Origin: an uncultured Actinomycetes bacterium
Lineage (GTDB): Bacteria > SZUA-79 > Acidulodesulfobacterales > Acidulodesulfobacteraceae
DNA length: 64,000 nt
Direction of reading: 5' to 3'
NCBI GenBank assembly: GCA_964631685.1
Contig: CAZVZU010000006.1
Span: 64,419-128,418 of the forward strand
Numbering within the stretch: the first letter of the stretch is position 1; each line of letters begins with the position of its first letter. Positions 32,133-43,416 of this stretch are shown here, piece after piece. Made by a program: the position numbers and the translations under genes. The notes under the pieces were generated by a model. The model was not told the DNA's origin, did not search any database, and worked only from the letters and a program-made list of their open reading frames with translations.

Positions 32133-33270
32133 TTAATCACTATTCGCCCTTACTCTTAATAAGTATGCATTAATAAATTCGTCTATGTCTCCGTCAAAAA
32201 CACGCCGGTCATCATAAACTGTCACACCCGTCCTATGATCCTTTATCGCACGATTCGGATTAAGCGTGTACGACCTTATTTGCGAACCCCATGATATCTC
32301 TTTTTTATTTTTTTGCAGTTTACTTTCTTCTTCTTCCTTTTTCTTTTTATAATAATCGTATATTCTTGCCCTTAAAAGTCTATATGCAACATCCTTATTT
32401 CTATGCTGAGACCTTTCATTCTGACACGCAACAACGATTCCCGTCGGAATATGCGTAATTCTAACGGCCGAATCAGTAGTGTTAACATGTTGCCCTCCCG
32501 CCCCACTAGAACGATAGGTGTCTATTCTCAAATCCTTTTCATCTATGACAACGTCTATATTATCATATATCTCGGGATAAGCAAAAACAGAGGCAAAGGA
32601 TGTATGCCTTCTCTTATTAGCATCAAACGGGGAAATCCTAACAAGTCTGTGAACTCCTATCTCCGACCTAAGATAACCATAAGCAAACTCTCCAGATACA
32701 ACAAAAGTTACACTCTTAACACCCGCCTCATCTCCGGCATTATATTCTACTATCGCGGTTTTAAATCCCTTTCGCTCCGCCCATCTCAGATACATTCGCA
32801 GAAGCATATCCGCAAAATCCATAGATTCAGTTCCACCTGAACCGGCATGAATCTCAACTATAGCATTAAGCTTATCGTCCGCTTCCGAAAGGGTAATATC
32901 TATCTCTAGGTTTAAAACACTGTCTTCTAAAGGCTTTAAGCTTTCCATGATCTCAAGCAACATGTCTTCATCATCTGCATCAATCGAAAGATCGTATAAC
33001 TCCCTTATACTTTTAAATTCATCATAAACCTTATAAAAAGGGGTTAATTTGTTCAGTACCGATGCCTTTTCTTTAAGTATTGATGTAGAAAAAGAAATAT
33101 TGTCGTAAAAACCATCCCTCTCAACTATTTCATTAATCTCCTTAAGTCTTCCTTCTAGCTTATCTACTTCAAAGCATCCCCCTGATTTTTAAAAGCTTAT
33201 CATCAAGGTTTTTCAATGTTCTACCTAAAAGACTTAAATTTAAAACCTGCTTTGATGTTGAATCAGACAT
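32133..33270 (-). CDS. prfB: Peptide chain release factor 2, translated via programmed +1 frameshift (33 + 345 aa)
   Basis: SPF and GGQ motifs. The upstream ORF from ATG 33270 ends AGG GGG ATG CTT TGA A (33183-33168); the +1 frame is continuous with the 32963 ORF. Confidence 0.96.
33168..33183 (-). promoter_or_regulatory. prfB +1 ribosomal frameshift site (internal SD plus CUU UGA)
   Basis: AGGGGG-ATG-CTT-TGA-A on the minus strand. Confidence 0.92.
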
Positions 33271-33313
33271 TGATACTACCCCCCTTTCATCGAAAACATT
33301 ATGGAATTCAAAC

Positions 33314-34882
33314 TCAATTCTTGAAAAATTTATTTAAGAAAAGATACAATACTATTAAATATATTAAGGATAAAGAAAAAATTATCATGACAATATATGC
33401 GAATATATTACCATATAAAGTAAAAAAAGTCTTTTTATTAATTAATTTTACGTACCCTATCATGAATGTTTTTCTGAAAATCTTCGTTTCTTCCAATATT
33501 TTACCATTTGGAGATATTATCCCGCTAATTCCTGAATTCCCGGCTCTTGCCACATATCTGTCATTTTCAACCGCAGAGAAAACGGTCATAGACATATCTT
33601 GCCTCGGCGCAGACGATTTTCCGTACCATGCATCATCAGTGATACTTATTAAAAGATTAGCGCCGTTCCTTGGAAAATTTCTCACTAACGAATCGAAATA
33701 TGATTCGTAACATATCATGGAACCTATCTTTGCCCTGCCGACACTTAAAATCCTAAGTTTTTTGCCAGGCGAAAAACTTCCGACCCCTGCCTTTTTTAGA
33801 ATTTTGGCAAGGAAAGGAAATTGATGTCTCAGTGGAATATATTCTCCGAATGGGACAAGATGGTTTTTATCGTAATAGGCATATCTTCCCGATTTCGTAA
33901 AAATATAATCTCTGTTATAGTAATGGTATTCTCCTTTTAAAAATCTAACACCTACAGTGCCAAAAATTAAAGCTATATTATTTCTTCTCACAAAACCCAT
34001 AACCCTGTTCCAGTAGTGTGGATACAAGGATATGATGTAGGGAAGGGCGGTCTCCGGCCATATGATAATTTCAGGTTTATATTTTAATGATTCCTTGCTT
34101 AAATTTAAATAAATTTTTGTCGTCATTTTTCTTGTGAGCTTCCATTTTTGGAACATTCCGATGTTCCCTTGTATTAAAGCTACTTCTATTGGTTTTCTAT
34201 CACTTAAAGATACGCTCGTAGAGTAAATATTATGATAACCGTACGATATAACTAAAACAAAAATAAAAAGAACAAGCACTAATTCAAACAATCCCTGTTT
34301 TTTTGTTAATTCACGCTTAAAAAATATAAAATGGAAGATGGAATAGTTTATAAGAACTATCACGAAAGAAAGACCAAACACACCGACTATATTGGAAATC
34401 TGTATAAATGGTAGATTTAAATATTGAGAAAAACCTAAATTTTCCCAAGGAAATCCCGTTAGGAGATTTGATTTTAAAAACTCAAAAAAAACCCAACATG
34501 CCGGAATTAAAATAATACTCAGCCTTTTATAGTTGCTTAACAGAATCTTACTAAATCCTGCGAATAATGCTATGTATACACCTATGTAAACAGAAAGAGC
34601 TATAAGGGCAAGGACTGCCACATAGTAAGGGAGATCGCCAAAAACATGGACGGTATAGGCAATCCAATACATTATCAAGATATAAGAAGTAATACCGGTT
34701 ATGAAGCCGTAAATAAAAGATTCCTTAAAGCCCTTAGAGATGCGAATCGTATAAAAAAGCGGGATAAATGCAAACCAAGCGAGGAATTCAAGGTTAAAAT
34801 TCGGAAACAAAAATGCAATAAGCAACCCCGATACTACAGATAAAGAGACCTTGACTAAAATATCCTTGGAGACTCTGTGCAT
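33314..34882 (-). CDS. lnt: Apolipoprotein N-acyltransferase
   Basis: TGFPW, LIQGN, WPET, YDK.HLVPFGEY, ICYE triad motifs. Confidence 0.95.
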   Translation of the reverse strand: MHRVSKDILVKVSLSVVSGLLIAFLFPNFNLEFLAWFAFIPLFYTIRISKGFKESFIYGFITGITSYILIMYWIAYTVHVFGDLPYYVAVLALIALSVYIGVYIALFAGFSKILLSNYKRLSIILIPACWVFFEFLKSNLLTGFPWENLGFSQYLNLPFIQISNIVGVFGLSFVIVLINYSIFHFIFFKRELTKKQGLFELVLVLFIFVLVISYGYHNIYSTSVSLSDRKPIEVALIQGNIGMFQKWKLTRKMTTKIYLNLSKESLKYKPEIIIWPETALPYIISLYPHYWNRVMGFVRRNNIALIFGTVGVRFLKGEYHYYNRDYIFTKSGRYAYYDKNHLVPFGEYIPLRHQFPFLAKILKKAGVGSFSPGKKLRILSVGRAKIGSMICYESYFDSLVRNFPRNGANLLISITDDAWYGKSSAPRQDMSMTVFSAVENDRYVARAGNSGISGIISPNGKILEETKIFRKTFMIGYVKLINKKTFFTLYGNIFAYIVMIIFSLSLIYLIVLYLFLNKFFKN

Positions 34883-34933
34883 TATGCGACGTAATTTAAT
34901 TTTTTATATTAAACACTACAAAATATATATATA

Positions 34934-35797
34934 TCAAAGGAATTTTTTTGATTTTTCCCATAAATCATCTATTTCTTGAGGACTTAATTCAGAAATAGAT
35001 GAAGATGCATTTTCCTCTATATAACCAAATCTTTTTATAAATTTATTCGAAGATAGATTTAACGCATTGCAGGGATGAATACCCAAAAACCTTCCTATGT
35101 TCACAGCGGAAAATAGGACATCTCCATATTCTGCTTTAATCTTCTCTGAAATCTCTTTATCATCGGATGCGGTTTTATCCGCATTTAGTTCGTCTTTAAG
35201 CTCTGAAAGCTCCTCGTGAATCTTGTCCATAGCACTTTCTAAATCGTCAAAATCCAACCCTAACCTACCGGCTCTTTCTTGTATCATATTTGCCCTATGA
35301 AGAGCAGGTAAGCTTTCGGACACATACACAGAGGAATTTTTTGTTTTTGGTAGGCGACCGGCATTTTGTCGTTTTTCCTCTTTCTCTTCTGCTTTAATTC
35401 TTTCCCAATTTCTAAGAATAACATCATCTAAACACTCGCCTTCTTTCAGCGAAAAATCTTCGTCAAAAACATGAGGATGCCTTCTGAGTAGCTTTTTAAT
35501 TACGCCGGTTATCACATCATCTAACGAAAATTCCTTCTTTTCTTCATATATATCAGATAAAAATATAACCTGAAGAAGTAAATCCCCTGCCTCTTCCGCT
35601 ATATCTGTTTTATCGCCCAAACTTATCGCATCTACAACCTCATACGCCTCCTCTATGATGTAAGGCTTTAATGTTTCTTCGGTCTGCTTTTTATCCCACG
35701 GACAACCGTCCTTGGAGCGCAACTTTTTAACTATGTTTACTAAGCCCTGAAATCCTGCATATTTTTCATCAATTTTTGCGCTTTTTTTATCCATCAT
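34934..35797 (-). CDS. mazG: Nucleoside triphosphate pyrophosphohydrolase MazG
   Basis: GCPWDKKQT, EEAYEV, EEAGDLLLQV, RRHPHVF, second MazG domain. Confidence 0.95.
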   Translation of the reverse strand: MMDKKSAKIDEKYAGFQGLVNIVKKLRSKDGCPWDKKQTEETLKPYIIEEAYEVVDAISLGDKTDIAEEAGDLLLQVIFLSDIYEEKKEFSLDDVITGVIKKLLRRHPHVFDEDFSLKEGECLDDVILRNWERIKAEEKEEKRQNAGRLPKTKNSSVYVSESLPALHRANMIQERAGRLGLDFDDLESAMDKIHEELSELKDELNADKTASDDKEISEKIKAEYGDVLFSAVNIGRFLGIHPCNALNLSSNKFIKRFGYIEENASSSISELSPQEIDDLWEKSKKFL

Positions 35798-35865
35798 GAT
35801 ACAACTCCTAATTTAGAGAAAAGACCAGCATACCCAAGGCTTTAGTATATCACATAACAAAAATA

Positions 35866-36420
35866 TTATAAAATATTTCGTAACCCGCGATAAACAATAC
35901 CAAATAACAGCCTCTGCATATTTTTCATTTCTTTGTCGTAATTGTCACTGTCAATATCCAAAATATGCTCTTCGTCGTGAACATACCCGAAAAGGTGCAA
36001 AATTCCGTGGATTATCAGGAGAATTAATTCCATATTGAATCCGGTCAGTTTATAGAAATCGGCATCATTGAAATTATTGCTTTCAATCCAGCCTTCCTTT
36101 TCCCAAAAATCTTTGTACTTTAAACAATTTTTCTGCACAAGAGATGGGGCTATATAAATTTCTCCTATATAGAACATGTCCCCGATATACTCTTTAACTT
36201 CAAATGATAAAACATCTGTAGCATAATTCTTATCTAGGTAATCTTTATTTAGCTTCCGCATATAAGCGGCAGAGCATAAGATTATATCTATTGCACAAGG
36301 ACCGCAGAAAAGATTCTCAATAGCCTTATGAACGGTATAGCGGACTAACCCTTGATCTATCTTCAGCTTCCGTTGCCGGTTTGTTATGCTTATTGTTTCC
36401 TGCGTCTTCGTTAAATTCAT
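35866..36420 (-). CDS. ybeY: rRNA maturation RNase YbeY
   Basis: LNKDYL...TDVLSF, GEIYI, HGILHLFGYVH. Confidence 0.9.
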   Translation of the reverse strand: MNLTKTQETISITNRQRKLKIDQGLVRYTVHKAIENLFCGPCAIDIILCSAAYMRKLNKDYLDKNYATDVLSFEVKEYIGDMFYIGEIYIAPSLVQKNCLKYKDFWEKEGWIESNNFNDADFYKLTGFNMELILLIIHGILHLFGYVHDEEHILDIDSDNYDKEMKNMQRLLFGIVYRGLRNIL

Positions 36421-38641
36421 AATCATCTATTCTTGCCGTATAGGGAATTCTTTGGTGAAAAATACTGTTTAGAACCTTCACGAAGGCATCTCCTATAATA
36501 TGCAAATCCTTCAGCGTTAATTCGCACTCATCAAGTTGTCCATCATTATATATTCTCGTTACCGTCTTTCGAACCATTAATTCTAGTCGAGACGGCGATA
36601 TATTTGCTATAGTCCTTGAAATAGCCTCAACAGAGTCTGCAAGCATTATTATACCCGCCTCCTTAGTTTGAGGCTTTTTACTGTTATATCTAAATGTATC
36701 TTTGGAAACACTCTCGCCCTTGCTCTCCATAGAAGCCTTCTCATAAAAGACCCCGATCATAGATGTTCCATGATGCTCCCCTATTATATATTCAACCCTT
36801 GTTCCTATCTTATATTTTCTCGCAAGCTCTTGTCCGTCCTTAACGTGGGATGCTATTATTAAACTACTCATAGTCGGGGCAAGTTTATTGTGAGGATTTT
36901 CTTGATTAGAAATATTTTCTATGTAATAATTCGGTTTTATAATCTTCCCTATATCGTGGTATAAGCTTGCAACTCTTGCTAATAACGGGTTTGCGCCAAT
37001 TGATGATGCGGCAGATTCTGCAAGTGTAGCAACCATTATGGAATGCTGATACGTACCAGGGGCTATAATTGACAATTGCTTCAATAAGGGATGGTTAGTG
37101 TTAGAAAGCTCAAGCAGTTTAAAATCGGTCGTATATCCAAAAATCCTTTCAAGTAAAGGTATTAATCCTATTACGGCTATAGACGAAATAATGCCCGATA
37201 AAAATGCAAAAACAACACTATAAATATTATGCACATTAATCAAATTAAGCCTTATTAGTGCAAATGCAATTACCATAAACACATTTAGAACACCCGTTAT
37301 AATCCCTGCCCTCACTATCTTTCCCCATGAAGAAAAATCGAATACTTCGTAAGACGCAATGAAACTTCCGGCAAATGTATAAATCATAAAAAAGATAGAG
37401 TTTTTGAATATTATAGACGTTAGAATAGAAAAAAGAGCTATGTAAACAACCGAAACCTCGGAATTTAAGACTATTCTGACCAACATGGGGCCAAAAGCAA
37501 AAGGTATCAGATAATAAATATCGCTACTATTGACAAACGGAAAGTATAGGGTTAACGCATTAGCAAAAATAATTCCCGACTTAATTAGCAAAATAGACAT
37601 TATTAAAATGGTGACGATAAACAGGACATTCTTAAAATCAAGCGATAACCTGAATTTTTTAATATATCTATAGGGAAAAACATAAGAAAGCGATAAGAGA
37701 ACTGCGATGATAAAAAAAAGCCCGAATAGTGACGGAATATTATTTCTCAATTTAAATATAGATTCATATGTATTTAACTCCAAAGCCTTATCTTTAGCTA
37801 TCAGTTCACCTGAACTAATGAGAAGCATGCCCTTATCCACATTGATATAAATAAGCGGGGCTTTCTTTTTGATATCCTCTATTTTTTTTAATGTAAGGTA
37901 TTTTGAGTAGACAATGTCGGGCTTGATAATGCGGTAAACTAATTGATATATATTGTTCTGAATATGAGATGGCAAAAAATTCAGGTAACGTTTAACATAA
38001 TAATAGGCAAACTCTCCTGCACCTTTAAAGGTGAAAAATACCTGGGGATAGTTTACTATCTTCGAGCTGTTTGTTATAATATTCTTTAACTCTATCCCCT
38101 TATTGCTCGAAGGTTGTTTAGATAAAACACCTTTTCTATAAATAGCATTAATTATTTTAAGAATATGACTTTCCGTATCCCTATTATAATTTAAAAAATA
38201 AAATGCATCGAGAACGGACTTTTTTAATTTTATGCCAAGCTTTGAAGAGAATATATCCTCGGATATATTTAAGTTTTCATTATCCTTTTTATGGTTTAGT
38301 TTATATGACCTTGCGGAAGCAAATGCTCCCTTAATCTTTTCAAGAAGCGTTATCTTAGTATCCGGATAAAACAAATAAACATCCGAAACATGTCCAATAT
38401 TTTGCTTAAGCAGGTCGTTTGTTGCTTTAGCATTGACATATCTAAAACTTTTTTTGGCTATTATCGTCTTTTTAGCAATTTCTCCCGCTTTATACTTGCT
38501 CTTAATAAACCCCACGCCATTGTACAGTAAAAAAGTCAAAAATATAGAGGCTATCAAGAGTAGTACTATGAGAGGATAGTAACGGCTTCCAACTTCTACT
38601 GCATTATTTTTTAGAAATTCAAGAAATTTAGTTCGTTTCAT
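36326..38641 (-). CDS. 7TM-HD/HDIG membrane phosphohydrolase (PgpH-like)
   Basis: Extracytoplasmic domain, 7 TM, APGTYQHS, YHDIGK, SHVKDG, EHHGT, LADSVEA; phoH-ybeY context. Confidence 0.9.
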   Translation of the reverse strand: MKRTKFLEFLKNNAVEVGSRYYPLIVLLLIASIFLTFLLYNGVGFIKSKYKAGEIAKKTIIAKKSFRYVNAKATNDLLKQNIGHVSDVYLFYPDTKITLLEKIKGAFASARSYKLNHKKDNENLNISEDIFSSKLGIKLKKSVLDAFYFLNYNRDTESHILKIINAIYRKGVLSKQPSSNKGIELKNIITNSSKIVNYPQVFFTFKGAGEFAYYYVKRYLNFLPSHIQNNIYQLVYRIIKPDIVYSKYLTLKKIEDIKKKAPLIYINVDKGMLLISSGELIAKDKALELNTYESIFKLRNNIPSLFGLFFIIAVLLSLSYVFPYRYIKKFRLSLDFKNVLFIVTILIMSILLIKSGIIFANALTLYFPFVNSSDIYYLIPFAFGPMLVRIVLNSEVSVVYIALFSILTSIIFKNSIFFMIYTFAGSFIASYEVFDFSSWGKIVRAGIITGVLNVFMVIAFALIRLNLINVHNIYSVVFAFLSGIISSIAVIGLIPLLERIFGYTTDFKLLELSNTNHPLLKQLSIIAPGTYQHSIMVATLAESAASSIGANPLLARVASLYHDIGKIIKPNYYIENISNQENPHNKLAPTMSSLIIASHVKDGQELARKYKIGTRVEYIIGEHHGTSMIGVFYEKASMESKGESVSKDTFRYNSKKPQTKEAGIIMLADSVEAISRTIANISPSRLELMVRKTVTRIYNDGQLDECELTLKDLHIIGDAFVKVLNSIFHQRIPYTARIDDYEFNEDAGNNKHNKPATEAEDRSRVSPLYRS

Positions 38642-39641
38642 AAGCTTTTATTATATTTTGAACAAGTTTATGCCTGAGTACATCTGTTCTATTAAAATTT
38701 ACCACCTCAATTCCTTTAATATTATTTAATATTCTGCTTGCCGTAATAAGACCCGACTCTTTATCTGAAGGAAGATCTGTTTGTGTAATATCACCATTTA
38801 CGACAATTTTTGAACCGGAACCGATCCTTGTTAACATCATTTTCATTTGCTCATTTGTGGCGTTCTGCGCTTCATCTAAGATTATGAAAGAGTTATTTAA
38901 TGTTCTGCCCCTCATAAACGCAATCGGCGTAACCTCTATAATATCTGATTCAATAAATTTCATTGCACTATCAAAATCTATCATCTCATATAGGGCATCA
39001 TAAAGCGGTCTTAAATAAGGATTAATTTTTTGAGCAATGTCCCCGGGAAGAAAACCTAACTTCTCACCGGCCTCAACGGCAGGACGTGTCAATATTATTC
39101 TGTCAAATAACTTTTTTTGAAACAACGATACTGCACAAGCCATGGCAAGATAAGTTTTGCCTGTTCCTGCAGGGCCGACCCCAATAACTATATCGTTGTT
39201 ATAAACGGCGTCCACATATCTTTTTTGATTTATCGTCCTAGGCGCTATAAGCTTTTTTCGTGGCGTTGCTAAAATTGGTTCGTAAAAATAGGATGTAATA
39301 TTCTCTTTTGGATTCTTAATCTTTACCTTTATCAACCTTCTCAAATCGCCGTCCGTAATGATCTTGCCTGCCTTGTACATACTTATCAGGTCATAAACGA
39401 ATGAAACGCAATTTGCAACATGTTCTTTATCTCCACTAATTAGCAAGATGTTTCCTCTTACCGACACCTCAACTAGGAACTCGTTTTCCATAATGCTTAT
39501 CGTATTTACGGACGGATTGGAAAAACTGTTAAAAAGGTCTATATCGGTCAGCTCAATCTTCTCTATACAGGCTTCTTGCGCCGGTTTTGCACAAGCAACG
39601 CCTCCTTTTTTGCCATTTCTGGTTTTATTACTAATTCTCAA
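38628..39641 (-). CDS. phoH: PhoH-family ATPase (YbeZ-like)
   Basis: GPAGTGKT, LTRPAVEAGEKLGFLPGD, FMRGRTL, LDEAQN, GDITQ. Confidence 0.93.
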   Translation of the reverse strand: MRISNKTRNGKKGGVACAKPAQEACIEKIELTDIDLFNSFSNPSVNTISIMENEFLVEVSVRGNILLISGDKEHVANCVSFVYDLISMYKAGKIITDGDLRRLIKVKIKNPKENITSYFYEPILATPRKKLIAPRTINQKRYVDAVYNNDIVIGVGPAGTGKTYLAMACAVSLFQKKLFDRIILTRPAVEAGEKLGFLPGDIAQKINPYLRPLYDALYEMIDFDSAMKFIESDIIEVTPIAFMRGRTLNNSFIILDEAQNATNEQMKMMLTRIGSGSKIVVNGDITQTDLPSDKESGLITASRILNNIKGIEVVNFNRTDVLRHKLVQNIIKAYETN

Positions 39642-39727
39642 ATTTTATTTTTGCTGCCCCCTGCAATTACGGTTAATATTCTCATTCTGTCATAACATTA
39701 TAGTCAAAAGTCAAAACAAACACAATG

Positions 39728-41281
39728 CTAAAATTTCTTTAATAATACCTGTCTAACTATGCTAAATGACTCATTTTTTAATAAAAACGAAATAAAAAGA
39801 TAAGACACTATCCCAACAACTATTGAAACCGCTACAATTATCAAAGAACTGTAATTTAACCTATTAAAAATAATTATTGCGTAACCCACTGAAATCCCCA
39901 TAATTATACTTGCTATCACAGTTTTAATAAATGATTCTAAAAAGCCATTTCCAAAACCTATACCTTTTTTATAATGCAACATAGTTAAAAGAAATACATA
40001 ATTAAAAATTAAGGAAATACTTGCTGCCAATGCCAAACCGTCAACCCCCATAGAACGCATAAGAATAATGGCAAGAATTATGTTCAGTATTAAAGAATAT
40101 ACGGCGGCGTTAACGGGAGTTTTTGTATCCTTCATGGAATAAAAAACCGGAATAACCGTTCTTAAAAGAGCAGATGCCCATAACCCTATAATAAAAAATA
40201 AAAGGACAGAAGCTGTCTTTTGGACATCAGCTAAATTAAAAATCCCGTGCATGTAAATTAATCTTACAAGATGATTTCTTAAGAGAATTAACCCTATACT
40301 TGAAGGAATTATTATAAAAAACATAAGCGATGCAGAAAAATTAAATGCACTGTCAACTTCTTTCATGTCACCTCTTGCAAAAGAAGCTGATAAGGTTGGA
40401 AAAATAGCGGTTTGCATGGCTATCGCAAAGACCCCAAGGGGAAACTGATAAAGCCTATCCCCATAATAAAGGTATGATATGCTTCCAGACGGCAGAAACG
40501 ATGCAAGAAGGGTGTCAAACAACAAATTAAGCTGTATCACCCCCATTCCCAACAGAGATGGGGTGAGCAATCTAAAAACGGTCTTTACATCATTATTTTT
40601 TAATTTAAGCCTAAAACCGAGCCTAATTTTTTTTCTTCTGATATAATAAAGTTGCGACAAAACCTGCAATACTCCACCGATCATAACTCCAACGGGCAAT
40701 GCATATATTCCTTCGCGAAATAATGGCCTCAAAAATACAGCGGCTATTATAAACAAAATATTCAAAATTATAGGATACATTGCACCAGGAGCATAAGAAT
40801 TGTGAACATTTAAAACCCCTGCAAAAAAAGCGGTAAGACCTATCAGGAATATGTATGGGAACATCATCTTAGTAAGGAGCACTGTAAGATGAAATTCATA
40901 AGACTTACTCAGGAACCCGGGTGCTGTTGCAACTACAAACACAAAAGAAAATAAAACACCTATAATTGATAGAAATAAAAGGATAAAAAAAAGAATTGTA
41001 AAAACGGTCATTAGAAGATCGTTGGAATCTTCTTCTCCTTTTTTGACCAAACTTCCCGAATACACGGGAATAAAGGATGCGGTAAGACCACCTTCTCCAA
41101 ATAATCGCCTAAATAAATTAGGTATTCTGAATGCAACGAAAAATGCATCCGTAGCAACGCCCGCACCAAAAAAATATGCGATACAGACATCTCTTAGTAA
41201 ACCTAAAATCCTACTTATTAAAGTGAAAAAGGAAACAACCGATAGATTCTTAACTATCTCATGGTTTTTAGACTTTGGCAT
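39728..41281 (-). CDS. murJ: Lipid II flippase MurJ
   Basis: SRILGLLRD, DAFFVAFRIPNLFRRLFGEG, RLYQFPLG, DTKTP. Confidence 0.96.
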   Translation of the reverse strand: MPKSKNHEIVKNLSVVSFFTLISRILGLLRDVCIAYFFGAGVATDAFFVAFRIPNLFRRLFGEGGLTASFIPVYSGSLVKKGEEDSNDLLMTVFTILFFILLFLSIIGVLFSFVFVVATAPGFLSKSYEFHLTVLLTKMMFPYIFLIGLTAFFAGVLNVHNSYAPGAMYPIILNILFIIAAVFLRPLFREGIYALPVGVMIGGVLQVLSQLYYIRRKKIRLGFRLKLKNNDVKTVFRLLTPSLLGMGVIQLNLLFDTLLASFLPSGSISYLYYGDRLYQFPLGVFAIAMQTAIFPTLSASFARGDMKEVDSAFNFSASLMFFIIIPSSIGLILLRNHLVRLIYMHGIFNLADVQKTASVLLFFIIGLWASALLRTVIPVFYSMKDTKTPVNAAVYSLILNIILAIILMRSMGVDGLALAASISLIFNYVFLLTMLHYKKGIGFGNGFLESFIKTVIASIIMGISVGYAIIIFNRLNYSSLIIVAVSIVVGIVSYLFISFLLKNESFSIVRQVLLKKF

Positions 41282-41290
41282 TAATCGTGC

Positions 41291-42334
41291 CTACAAATAC
41301 TTTTGTATGAGTATTTCGGCTATCTGAATAGCATTCAAAGCCGCACCTTTTCTGATGTTATCGGCAACAATCCAGAGGTTTAAGCCGTTCGGTACAGAGG
41401 AATCCCTTCTGATTCGTCCGACAAATATATTGTCCGACCCAGCAACGTGCGCCTGATAAGGATACTGCTTGTTCTTACACTCGCTAAATATATCGTCCGT
41501 AACCTTTACGCCCTTTGCCTCAGATAATAAATCTACAATATCTTTTACATCAAACGGCTTTTCAGTTTCTATATTAACAGACTCGCCGTGACAAAAGAAC
41601 ACAGGCACGCGAACAGCAGTAGCAGACACGCCGATACTATTATCGTGCATTATTTTATGCGTTTCCTCTATCATTTTTATTTCTTCTTTAGTATTACGAT
41701 CTTCATCAAAAACATCTATTTGAGGAATGCAGTTGAATGCGATCTGAACCGGCAATTCGTGCGGAGATATGTCGTCTTTCGCTTTCATAAGCATCATAGT
41801 CTGGTGAAAAAGCTCATCCATTACCTTTTTGCCCGCTCCGGAAGTTGATTGATAGGTTGAAACAACAACTCTTTTTATCTTGTATTTATCATGAATCAGT
41901 TTTAATGGCACAACCATTTGAATAGTAGAACAATTCGGATTAGATATTATATTCTTTTTACCATAATACTTTATATCGCCAAGATTAACCTCTGGAACAA
42001 CCAACGGAACATCACTATCCATTCTAAAATAAGAAGTGTTGTCAATTACAACGGCGCCTTCTCTTGCGGCAAGCGGGGTATACTTTGCACTTACGGATGC
42101 ACTCGGACTCGACAAGACTATATCTAATTTCCTTTTTTTAAAAGAATTTTCGTTTAACACTCCGACTATGTAATCAACATCTTTAAATTGTATGACCTCT
42201 CCGCGCGAATTTTCTGAAGCAAACAGACAGAGCTCTCCAATAGGAAAATTCCTTTGTTCCAATATCTCTAAAAATGATCGCCCGACTAGTCCTGTGGCTC
42301 CGACAATGCCCACATTGTATCTATCTTTTTTCAT
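41291..42334 (-). CDS. asd: Aspartate-semialdehyde dehydrogenase
   Basis: [40 protein letters not shown]. Confidence 0.97.
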   Translation of the reverse strand: MKKDRYNVGIVGATGLVGRSFLEILEQRNFPIGELCLFASENSRGEVIQFKDVDYIVGVLNENSFKKRKLDIVLSSPSASVSAKYTPLAAREGAVVIDNTSYFRMDSDVPLVVPEVNLGDIKYYGKKNIISNPNCSTIQMVVPLKLIHDKYKIKRVVVSTYQSTSGAGKKVMDELFHQTMMLMKAKDDISPHELPVQIAFNCIPQIDVFDEDRNTKEEIKMIEETHKIMHDNSIGVSATAVRVPVFFCHGESVNIETEKPFDVKDIVDLLSEAKGVKVTDDIFSECKNKQYPYQAHVAGSDNIFVGRIRRDSSVPNGLNLWIVADNIRKGAALNAIQIAEILIQKYL

Positions 42335-43416
42335 AAAGTCCCTTTTAACTCGGAAGTTACTCTTCTTCCCATATCTTTTGTGCCAATAAGCTTAGTTCCC
42401 GCAACATTAGAATAAATATCCAGGGTTCTGTATCCCTGATTGATAACCTTTTCTACCGCTTTTTCTATAGACATAGCCAAATTATCCATGTCAAAGCTGT
42501 ACTTGAGCATCATTGCAACCGATAGAATTGCCCCTAACGGATTTGCCTTGTCCTGCCCCGCAATGTCGGGAGCGCTTCCATGAATAGGTTCATACATTCC
42601 TTTTTTACCGTTTAAACCAGCTGACGGCAACATGCCGATTGAACCCGCTACCATTGACGATTCATCACTGAGAATATCACCGAACATATTATTGGTAACG
42701 ATAACATCAAATGAACTAGGACGTCTTATAAGTTGCATTGCGCAATTGTCCACATACATATTGCTCAATTCTACATCGGGATAATCTTTCGAAACAACCG
42801 CCACAACCTGTCTCCATAATTCAGTGGATTCCAAAACGTTTGCTTTATCTACGGATAGAACCTTCTTCTTTCTCTTGCGGGCAATTTCAAATGCTACTTT
42901 TGCAATTCTCTTTATCTCATTTGTTGTATAGACTAAGGTATTTATACCCTTTTTTTGTCCGTCTTCCATGTCGGAAACACCCCTAGGTTGACCAAAATAA
43001 ATGCCGCCGGTTAATTCTCTTACTATCATCATATCTGTTCCGCTTACAATATCCTTCTTTAAAGGAGAAGCATCCATAAGTTCGTTATAAATTTTTGCCG
43101 GTCTGAGATTAGCATACAATTCAAGCTCATATCTTAGCCTCAAAAGCGCCTTTTCAGGCCTTAGCTCTATCGGTAAAGATTCCCATTTTGGACCACCGAC
43201 CGCACCAAAAATTACGGCATCTGATTCTTTAGCAAGCTTAAGCGTACTTTCGGTTATAGGATTTTTATATTCATCATAAGATGCACCGCCTACAAGACCT
43301 TCTTCTATTTCATAATCTACTCCGCTTTCATCCAAGACAAATTTTAAAACATTTACAGCCTCTGTGGAAACCTCCGTGCCTATACCGTCTCCCGCAAAAA
43401 GTGCTAACTTCATCAT
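42331..43416 (-). CDS. leuB: 3-isopropylmalate dehydrogenase
   Basis: [50 protein letters not shown]. Confidence 0.97.
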   Translation of the reverse strand: MMKLALFAGDGIGTEVSTEAVNVLKFVLDESGVDYEIEEGLVGGASYDEYKNPITESTLKLAKESDAVIFGAVGGPKWESLPIELRPEKALLRLRYELELYANLRPAKIYNELMDASPLKKDIVSGTDMMIVRELTGGIYFGQPRGVSDMEDGQKKGINTLVYTTNEIKRIAKVAFEIARKRKKKVLSVDKANVLESTELWRQVVAVVSKDYPDVELSNMYVDNCAMQLIRRPSSFDVIVTNNMFGDILSDESSMVAGSIGMLPSAGLNGKKGMYEPIHGSAPDIAGQDKANPLGAILSVAMMLKYSFDMDNLAMSIEKAVEKVINQGYRTLDIYSNVAGTKLIGTKDMGRRVTSELKGTL

